Shown here in pieces: positions 6,728 through 13,034 of a DNA stretch of 13,034 nt. Origin of the DNA: Armatimonadota bacterium (GTDB lineage Bacteria; Armatimonadota; Hebobacteria; CAIYQO01); assembly GCA_038248345.1 (NCBI GenBank), contig JBBRXO010000077.1, forward strand, positions 1-13,034, in the 5' to 3' direction. Both the position numbers and the translations under genes were made by a program. Each line of letters begins with the position of its first letter. The stretch's first letter is position 1. Below the pieces are notes generated by a model. It did not search any database and had not been told where the DNA came from. It was given only the letters and a program-made list of their open reading frames with translations.

Positions 6728-7708
6728 ATGGCAATGGTATCCATGAAAGAGCTTTTGGAGGCGGGAGTACACTTCGGCCACCAGACACAACGATGGAACC
6801 CGAAAATGAAGCGCTTCATTTATGGCGCGCGCAACGGGATTTACATCATCGACCTGCATGAGACGCTTCGCCGTCTCGACGATGCCTTCACCTTCGTCCG
6901 CGAGATCGCCGCCAACGGCGGGCAGATCCTTTTCGTCGGCACCAAGAAACAGGCACAGGACGCGGTTTATGAATCCGCGCAACGCTGTGGCATGCACTTT
7001 GCTACGCAGCGCTGGCTCGGCGGCATGATGACCAACTTCCCCACCATCCAGCAGCGTATCAAACGCATGCGTGAGCTGCGCCAGATGGAAGCCGACGGCA
7101 CCTTTGAGCGTTTACCGAAGAAGGAAGTCTTCAAACTGCGCGAACAGATGAACAAACTGGAGCGCGTTCTCGGCGGCATCGAGCACCTGCACGCGGCCCC
7201 GGAGTGTCTCTTTGTAGTAGACGTGAAGAAAGAACACATCGCTGTGCTCGAAGCTGTACGTCTCAACATCCCGGTAGTGGCTATCGTTGACACCAACTGC
7301 AGTCCCGACAATATCGACTATGTTATCCCGGCGAACGATGACGCTATCCGCGCCATTCGTCTCATCGCTAACAAACTCGCTGATGCCGTTATCGAAGGCC
7401 GTCATGAATATGATCAGAAGATGATCGAACAGTACGGCGAGCAGGGTTACAACCCTGACCTCTCCCCATTCCGCCCGCTACCCGAGCAGGAAATTGCCGT
7501 GGTAGAAGAGGTTGAAGGCGAGTTCGAATACGAAGAAGTAGACGAAGCAGCCGAAGAAGAAGTTGCCGAAGTGGCAGCCGTGGAGATCATCGACACGACC
7601 ACCGATGAAGACCTCGAAGAGATTATTGAAGAAGAAGAAGTGATCGTCGCCAAAGAGAAGTATATCGAAGTGGCGAAGAACTACGGCGTACTGGGCGAAG
7701 AGGACTGA
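6728..7708 (+). CDS. rpsB: 30S ribosomal protein S2 with a long acidic C-terminal extension
   Basis: [45 protein letters not shown] and DTNC...[11 protein letters not shown]. Start moved to ATG 6728 after AAGGGAG. Confidence 0.98.
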   Translation: MAMVSMKELLEAGVHFGHQTQRWNPKMKRFIYGARNGIYIIDLHETLRRLDDAFTFVREIAANGGQILFVGTKKQAQDAVYESAQRCGMHFATQRWLGGMMTNFPTIQQRIKRMRELRQMEADGTFERLPKKEVFKLREQMNKLERVLGGIEHLHAAPECLFVVDVKKEHIAVLEAVRLNIPVVAIVDTNCSPDNIDYVIPANDDAIRAIRLIANKLADAVIEGRHEYDQKMIEQYGEQGYNPDLSPFRPLPEQEIAVVEEVEGEFEYEEVDEAAEEEVAEVAAVEIIDTTTDEDLEEIIEEEEVIVAKEKYIEVAKNYGVLGEED

Positions 7709-7803
7709 TGCATTGTTCTGCTCCGGCAGAAGATGCATTGTATATCTTAGTCCAACCTGACCCCCGTCCTCTACCCTCCGCGGGAAGGGGGTGGGGGGTT
7801 AGG
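7708..7803. repeat. Two intergenic hairpins between rpsB and tsf
   Basis: First: ATGCAT-TG-TTCTGC-TCCG-GCAGAA-G-ATGCAT (7708-7738). Second: CCTGACCCCC (7756-7765) pairs with GGGGGTTAGG (7794-7803), enclosing CCTCTACCC/GGGAAGGGG. Confidence 0.55.
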
Positions 7804-7849
7804 CTAACTTAGGGCTTAAGCTCTATATTTCATGAGCAGGAGAGATAAA

Positions 7850-8680
7850 ATGGCTGAAATTACTGCTAGTTTAGTAATGGAACTGCGTCAGAAAACTGGC
7901 GCTAAAATGATGGATGCCAAGCGCGCCCTGGTGGACGCAGATGGCAATTTCGATAAAGCGGTGGAAGTTCTGCGCGAAAAAGGGCAGGCTGATGCCGCCA
8001 AGCGCACCCACCGCACCACCGCCGAAGGTGTTGTAGTCACCGCGCAAAGCGCCGACCACAGCTCCGCCGCGCTGGTGGAACTCAACTGCGAGACCGACTT
8101 CGTCGCCAAAACGGATCAGTTCCTGGCCCTGGCCAGCAAGCTGGTGAACTTTGTGCTGGGCCAGCCCGCCGGGGAAATGACTGGCGAAGAACTGCCGGAA
8201 GAGCTGCAGAATGACATCAAGGAAGCGATCTCCAAAACTGGCGAGAATATCCAGTGTCGTCGTGCGGTAAAGATCGCCGCCGAGAACGGTGTGGTAGAAA
8301 GCTACATTCACCTGGGTGGCAAGATCGGCGTCCTGGTGCATGTCGAAGGTAGCACCGGCGAGGCCACGTGCGACTTAGCTAAAGACCTGGCCATGCAGGT
8401 AGCGGCGGCCAACCCTGACTACCTCACCCGCCATCATGTGCCGACCAGCAAAATCGAGAGCGAAAAGGAAATCTATCGCAACCTCGGGCGCAACGAAGGC
8501 AAAAAAGAAGAGTTCCTCGACCGTATCGCGGAAGGCCGATTGGACAAATTCTTCAAGGAGAACTGCCTGGAAGAGCAATCCTTCATCAAGGATCCTGATT
8601 CTTCCGTGCAGGATCTGGTAGCAAAAACCTGTCCAGGCCTCGCTATCAAATACTTCGTACGCTATCAGCTCGGAGCGTAA
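7850..8680 (+). CDS. tsf: Translation elongation factor Ts
   Basis: MAEITASLVMELRQKTGAKMMDAKRAL, AEG, ELNCETDFVAK, YIHLGGKIGVLV and AMQVAA. AGGAG RBS; follows rpsB. Confidence 0.98.
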   Translation: MAEITASLVMELRQKTGAKMMDAKRALVDADGNFDKAVEVLREKGQADAAKRTHRTTAEGVVVTAQSADHSSAALVELNCETDFVAKTDQFLALASKLVNFVLGQPAGEMTGEELPEELQNDIKEAISKTGENIQCRRAVKIAAENGVVESYIHLGGKIGVLVHVEGSTGEATCDLAKDLAMQVAAANPDYLTRHHVPTSKIESEKEIYRNLGRNEGKKEEFLDRIAEGRLDKFFKENCLEEQSFIKDPDSSVQDLVAKTCPGLAIKYFVRYQLGA

Positions 8681-8707
8681 GAGCTGCTGAATCGAATAAC
8701 CTGAACG

Positions 8708-8744
8708 CCGCTCGCCAAAATATATATTGGCGGGCGGTTTTTTT
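8708..8744 (+). terminator. Rho-independent terminator after tsf
   Basis: CCGCTCGCCAA-AATATATA-TTGGCGGGCGG followed by T7. Confidence 0.9.
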
Positions 8745-8819
8745 GTGTCATAAATATCATACTAGATGCACGACTTTATGCTATTATTACTACAAAGCAA
8801 TTCTATAAGGGAGTTCGTC

Positions 8820-9314
8820 ATGGATGCTTTAGCGATGTTTCATGCGCGGTCGAGTGTGCGGAAGTTTACCGATGAACCGGTGCCACGTGAATCATTAGAG
8901 TTAATGGTAGATTGCGCTCGCCTTGCCCCTACGGCGATGGGGATGCAATCTTGGGAATTCGTGGTGATAACAAATGATGGAGTACGCAAATGTCTGGCAG
9001 ACGCGCTGGAATACGGCAAATTCGTCGCCCAGGCACCGGCTGTCATTATGGTACTCTGCAAAGACTCGAAGTACTACCTGGAAGACGGCTGCAATGCGAC
9101 CAATACCCTCTTGCTGGCGGCCACTATGCAGGGGTTGGGTAGTTGTTGGATAGCGGCAGACAAAAAAACCTACGCAAATTATCTGCGGTCATTAATAGAC
9201 GCCCCAGAGAATTACCATGTTGTCTCTGTTGTTGCCGTCGGTTTTGCCGCCGAAGCGCCTGTCCATTCCCCTAAACGAACTTTGGATGAAGTAATCCATT
9301 GGGAGAAATATTAA
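8820..9314 (+). CDS. Nitroreductase family protein (164 aa)
   Basis: ARSSVRKFTDEPV, ARLAPTAMGMQSWEFVVI, LLLAATMQGLGSCWI and KR...VIHWEKY. AAGGGAG RBS before ATG 8820. Confidence 0.92.
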   Translation: MDALAMFHARSSVRKFTDEPVPRESLELMVDCARLAPTAMGMQSWEFVVITNDGVRKCLADALEYGKFVAQAPAVIMVLCKDSKYYLEDGCNATNTLLLAATMQGLGSCWIAADKKTYANYLRSLIDAPENYHVVSVVAVGFAAEAPVHSPKRTLDEVIHWEKY

Positions 9315-9318
9315 GCTT

Positions 9319-10299
9319 ATGTCACAACCAGATGTAGTAACGGTAGGAAGTTTATTTGTCGAAGTGACGCCATCGACCCCCGGGACATCGCTGGCGGAGG
9401 GGCGTAGCTTCACGCTGGCACCGGCAGGGGCGGCGGGCAACGTGGTCTTCGCGCTGGCGCGCCTGGGGATGCAGGTACATTTCATCACTGCAGTGGGTGA
9501 TGACGATTTCGGCACACAACTGGAGAATGAGTTGACCTCCTTTGGTGTCAGCACCGCCGGAGTTCGACACGCGCTGGGGGTGCTCACCCCGATATCATTT
9601 TGCTCGGTTGACCAGGGAGGCGGCAAAAAATTCTCCTTTTACCGGTTCCCTGGCTGGAGTTCGCCAATGCAAACTCTGGAGGAGAGCGATTTCGCCTGCG
9701 CGGCCATCGGGAAAGTTTTTGATTTTAGCGAGGCGGCCATCCGCGACCCAGTCATCCGTCCACTGGTTTTTCAGGCAGCGCGTGCCGCGCGTGCGGCCGG
9801 GGTGCCGGTGATTTACGCCGTCAATCTACGCCGGGATTCCTGGCATGTCATGGACGAGCAGATCATGAGCATCCAACGCAGTGCGGTGGCGCTGGCGGAT
9901 GTCTTGGTGCTCAATGCCGAAGAAGTTCACTACATCAGCGGCATCCACGCCGAAAAAGGTATGATGGCGTTGCAGGCCTTGGGGCCGCGCGCTGTGGTGA
10001 TGACAAATGGCGGTGACGGCGATGTCGCAATTCTCCTGGGGGACGAGTGTGCCGTAGTCCCGCCACAACAGGTGACCGTAGTCTACGACATCGGCGCGGG
10101 TGACGTCTTTCACGCCGCGCTGGTAGCGGAGTTGTTGCAACGGGATATCATCGACATGACGTTGGAGAAGCTCGTCTCCGCCGTCCGCTTCGCCGTCTCC
10201 GCCGCCGCTATTCGTGTCAGTTGCGGCCCTGACCCCCACCAGATGCCCACACGCGCGGAAGTAGAGGTATGGATGCAGGGCAGGGGATTAGTGCTGTAG
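9319..10299 (+). CDS. PfkB/ribokinase-family carbohydrate kinase
   Basis: AGAAGNVVFALARLG...VGDDDFG, NLRRDSW, LVLNAEEV and the C-terminal GAGDVF catalytic motif. Confidence 0.88.
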   Translation: MSQPDVVTVGSLFVEVTPSTPGTSLAEGRSFTLAPAGAAGNVVFALARLGMQVHFITAVGDDDFGTQLENELTSFGVSTAGVRHALGVLTPISFCSVDQGGGKKFSFYRFPGWSSPMQTLEESDFACAAIGKVFDFSEAAIRDPVIRPLVFQAARAARAAGVPVIYAVNLRRDSWHVMDEQIMSIQRSAVALADVLVLNAEEVHYISGIHAEKGMMALQALGPRAVVMTNGGDGDVAILLGDECAVVPPQQVTVVYDIGAGDVFHAALVAELLQRDIIDMTLEKLVSAVRFAVSAAAIRVSCGPDPHQMPTRAEVEVWMQGRGLVL

Positions 10300-10315
10300 A
10301 AGTATGCCCCCGTGA

Positions 10316-11008
10316 TTACCCGAACCGATACCCCACGTTACGCACTGTTTGGATCATGTCGCCAACCTTGACGCCCAGCTTGGCGCGCAGGCGGCGGATA
10401 TGCACATCTACGGTGCGGGTGCCGCCGAAGTAGTCGCTCTCCCAGACTTGTTCCAGCAGCTCCTGGCGGCTGAAGACGCGGCGGCGGTGCGAGACGAAGA
10501 ACTTCAGCAGCTCGAATTCTTTATAGGTGAGGTCGATGCGCTTGTTTTCCACCCACACTTCATAGGTGGCCATATTCATGCGCAGACCTTCTATCTGCAT
10601 CTGGTCTTTGGGTGCCTGTGCCCCCTGCGTCTTCCACAGTGCAAAACGTAGCCGGGCATCCAACTCACCGGGGTTGACGGGCAAGCTGAGGAAATCGTGT
10701 AAAATGGGGGTAAAACGAAGGCGCTGCAGCTCTTCCATACGTGCGAGCAGGAAGATTGGCACCGATTCCCATGCTGACTGCAAGGCGACGGGGAGATTGC
10801 CCGAGGAACTGTACTCACGGCTCATCACGTCCACCAGCACCAGTTGTGGTGTCGGTATCCGATTAAGATATTGGTTGGTAGTGAGCGGGATGATGTGAAC
10901 GGTATAGGTCAGGTGTCGTAATTGGGCGATAAAAGACAGCATCGGTTCCTGACGTTCACGCTCGGTCACCACTACAATATCAGCAGTCATGGCAACGGAC
11001 CAGGTCAC
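10316..11008 (-). CDS. OmpR/PhoB-family winged-helix regulator with an atypical receiver (GlnR-like)
   Basis: C-terminal DLTYKEFELLKF...VFSRQELLEQVWESDYFGGTRTVDVHIRRLRAKLG...IQTVRNVGYRF, with a degenerate receiver. Start is either GTG 11008 or ATG 10990. Confidence 0.88.
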   Translation of the reverse strand: MTWSVAMTADIVVVTERERQEPMLSFIAQLRHLTYTVHIIPLTTNQYLNRIPTPQLVLVDVMSREYSSSGNLPVALQSAWESVPIFLLARMEELQRLRFTPILHDFLSLPVNPGELDARLRFALWKTQGAQAPKDQMQIEGLRMNMATYEVWVENKRIDLTYKEFELLKFFVSHRRRVFSRQELLEQVWESDYFGGTRTVDVHIRRLRAKLGVKVGDMIQTVRNVGYRFG

Positions 11009-11119
11009 AGGATACAGTTCTCCTCAAATGACCTTCCTCCCCAAGGTTATGTCGTTCGCGCTTCATCAATGCGGACCAGGCATCGACGCCCACCCTACGG
11101 TGAGTGCGCTACTATTGCT

Positions 11120-11148
11120 ATTGTAACGTTTTAAGATGATATGGTCTA
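11120..11148 (-). promoter_or_regulatory. Candidate sigma70-type promoter of the regulator gene
   Basis: On the minus strand: TAGACC (11148-11143), 17 bp, then TACAAT (11125-11120). Confidence 0.5.
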
Positions 11149-11178
11149 GTGCGGGCCACGTGGAGGAACGGCATATAC

Positions 11179-11218
11179 AAAAAAAGATGTCGGGAGAGCT
11201 TAAACTCCCCCGACACCT
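11179..11218 (-). terminator. Rho-independent terminator after pnp
   Basis: Minus strand reads AGGTGTCGGGGGAG-TTTAAG-CTCTCCCGACATC followed by T7. Confidence 0.9.
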
Positions 11219-11247
11219 ATTTCCTACTTTCTATATTCCTACCCAGC

Positions 11248-13034
11248 CTAGAAGCGGCGGCGGGGGCGGTTGTCGCCGCCTCGGTCGTTGCTGGCGGGGC
11301 GGGGGCCGCGGTTCTCCTGCGGAGGGCGGCTGCCTTCGGCCTGGAAGCCGGGCTCACCTGCCTCGGGCATGGGGAGCATGGCTTTGCGGGAGAGGCGGAT
11401 TTTGCCGTCCGGCGTGCGCTCGACGACCTTCACCACTACTTCGTCGCCGATCTTCACTTCATCTTCCACGCGCTCCACACGATGGTGGGCGAGTTGGCTG
11501 ATGTGTACCATGCCGTCGCGGCCCGGGGCGATCTCGACGATAGCGCCGATGGGCTTGATCTCGACGACCTTGCCGACGTAGACTTCACCTTCGGTGATGT
11601 CGCGGGTGATATTCTCGATCATGCGCTGGGCTTCGGCGGCGATAATGCCGTCGGGCGCAGCGATGAAGACTTTGCCGTCCTGCTCGATGTCGATCTTCAC
11701 GTTCAGATCGCCCTGGATTTTCTTGATCACCTTGCCGCCGGGGCCGATGACGGCGCCGATCTGGTCAGGCATGATCTTCATCACTACTACGCGCGGAGCG
11801 TTGAGTGACATCTCCGGGCGGGCTGCAGCCAGGGTTTTGTCCATTTCGCCGAGGATGTAGACACGGGCGCGGCGCGCACGGTCAAAGGCCTCTGTGAGGA
11901 GTTCGCGCGACAGTCCGCCGCGTTTCACGTCCATCTGGATGGCGGTGATACCTTCGGTGGTGCCGGTTACTTTGAAGTCCATGTCGCCGGAGCCGTCTTC
12001 CACACCCTGGATGTCGGTGAGGAGCATGGCGCGGGTCTCATCGCTCACCATGCCGATAGCAATACCAGCTACCGGGCGAACGATGGGCACACCGGCGTCC
12101 ATCAGCGCGAGGCTGCTGGCGCAGGTGGAGGCCATGGAGGAGGAACCGTTGGATTCCAACACTTCCGAAACGAGACGCAGTGCATACGGGAAGTCCTCAA
12201 TGGAGGGGACTACCGGCAGCAGGGCGCGCTCGGCGAGTGCGCCGTGGCCGATTTCGCGGCGTCCGGGCCCACGCATCATGCGGACTTCACCCACACTGTA
12301 GGGGGGGAAGTTGTACTGGTGCATATAACGCTTGCTCTCTTCGGGAGAGATGGTGTCCAGTGTCTGCCCGTCGCCGACGCCGCCTAACGTGAGCACGGTG
12401 AGCGCCTGCGTCTGACCGCGGGTGAAGAGGCCGGAACCATGTACGCACGGCAGGATGCCCGCTTCGGAGCTGATGGCGCGGACTTCGTCCAGGCCACGTC
12501 CATCGGGGCGGATGCCGGTGTCGAGGATCAGCAGGCGCAGGGCGGATTTGATGGATTTCTCTACCAGACCGCGGATGATCGCCTTCTCGGTGGGGAACTG
12601 CGCCAGCAATTCGGCCTCGATCTCTTTGATGAGGTCATAGGTTGCGCTCTCACGAGCCTGCTTGCTGGGGTTGCTGATGGTATCGCGTACGCGCTCATCA
12701 TAGGAGTGTGCAGCAGCAATCAGCTCTTCGCTGATAACCGGCTCTACCACCACGAATTTCTCCGGGTTGATCAGGGCGACCAGCTCTTCCTGCAGCTCGA
12801 TCATCTCGAGGACGCCCTTTTCGCCGAAGGCAACAGCCTCGACCATGACGTCTTCGGATATCTCTTTCGCGCCCGCTTCCATCATCAGCACACCTTCACG
12901 GGTGCCGCTGACGATCAGGTCCAGATCGCTCTGTTCCATCTGTGGGTAGGTGGGGTTGAGGATAAATTCGCCGTCGATGCGGCCGACGCGCACACAGCCG
13001 ACCGGACCCTGGAAAGGGACGCGGCTGATGGAGA
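11248..13034 (-). CDS. pnp: Polyribonucleotide nucleotidyltransferase (PNPase), 5' end outside the window
   Basis: [45 protein letters not shown] and GDMDFKV, plus KH ([13 protein letters not shown]) and S1 (DGMVHISQL) domains. The frame stays open to the window edge ([17 protein letters not shown]). Confidence 0.98.
   Translation of the reverse strand, partial: SISRVPFQGPVGCVRVGRIDGEFILNPTYPQMEQSDLDLIVSGTREGVLMMEAGAKEISEDVMVEAVAFGEKGVLEMIELQEELVALINPEKFVVVEPVISEELIAAAHSYDERVRDTISNPSKQARESATYDLIKEIEAELLAQFPTEKAIIRGLVEKSIKSALRLLILDTGIRPDGRGLDEVRAISSEAGILPCVHGSGLFTRGQTQALTVLTLGGVGDGQTLDTISPEESKRYMHQYNFPPYSVGEVRMMRGPGRREIGHGALAERALLPVVPSIEDFPYALRLVSEVLESNGSSSMASTCASSLALMDAGVPIVRPVAGIAIGMVSDETRAMLLTDIQGVEDGSGDMDFKVTGTTEGITAIQMDVKRGGLSRELLTEAFDRARRARVYILGEMDKTLAAARPEMSLNAPRVVVMKIMPDQIGAVIGPGGKVIKKIQGDLNVKIDIEQDGKVFIAAPDGIIAAEAQRMIENITRDITEGEVYVGKVVEIKPIGAIVEIAPGRDGMVHISQLAHHRVERVEDEVKIGDEVVVKVVERTPDGKIRLSRKAMLPMPEAGEPGFQAEGSRPPQENRGPRPASNDRGGDNRPRRRF

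Noticed and set aside
11009..11115. Glutamine riboswitch in the regulator leader
   Set aside because: I could not identify the conserved core of the glnA-motif riboswitch by eye. An Rfam scan would settle it.
11110..11140. Possible GlnR box (GTAAC/GTTAC) upstream of the regulator
   Set aside because: Only one half-site is present, with no second site at the expected 6-bp spacing, and it overlaps the predicted -10.
11149..11808. 219-aa plus-strand ORF
   Set aside because: Antisense shadow of the pnp KH/S1 region caused by codon bias; it also runs through the pnp terminator.
12991..12993. pnp start at 12993
   Set aside because: The frame is open and PNPase-like up to the window edge, so the real start lies outside.

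Overview
A GC-rich bacterial chromosome segment. It is probably from a diderm organism (TolC present), and the S2, PNPase and GlnR-like regulator look Terrabacteria-like; the taxonomy is inference only. Gene order on +: endonuclease IV (nfo), a lone minimal nucleotidyltransferase (MntA-type antitoxin with at most a relic of a HEPN partner), a TetR-TolC-HlyD-ABC-2 permease efflux operon with no ATPase, rpsB-tsf, a nitroreductase and a PfkB kinase. Converging on -: an OmpR-family regulator with an atypical receiver that strongly resembles actinobacterial GlnR, and the 3' part of pnp. Most of the unexplained structure is intergenic. It includes a 159-bp MITE-like element (29-bp TIRs, TTA duplication) whose interior holds two interleaved 12-13-bp helices, a ~130-bp REPIN-like nested inverted repeat, a GTAG-type REP on the nfo stop codon, a heptamer tandem repeat, a perfect 20-bp TetR operator and a candidate LexA box. 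I see no CRISPR array, rRNA, tRNA or intact transposase, and no clearly new multi-gene system is proven by this window alone.
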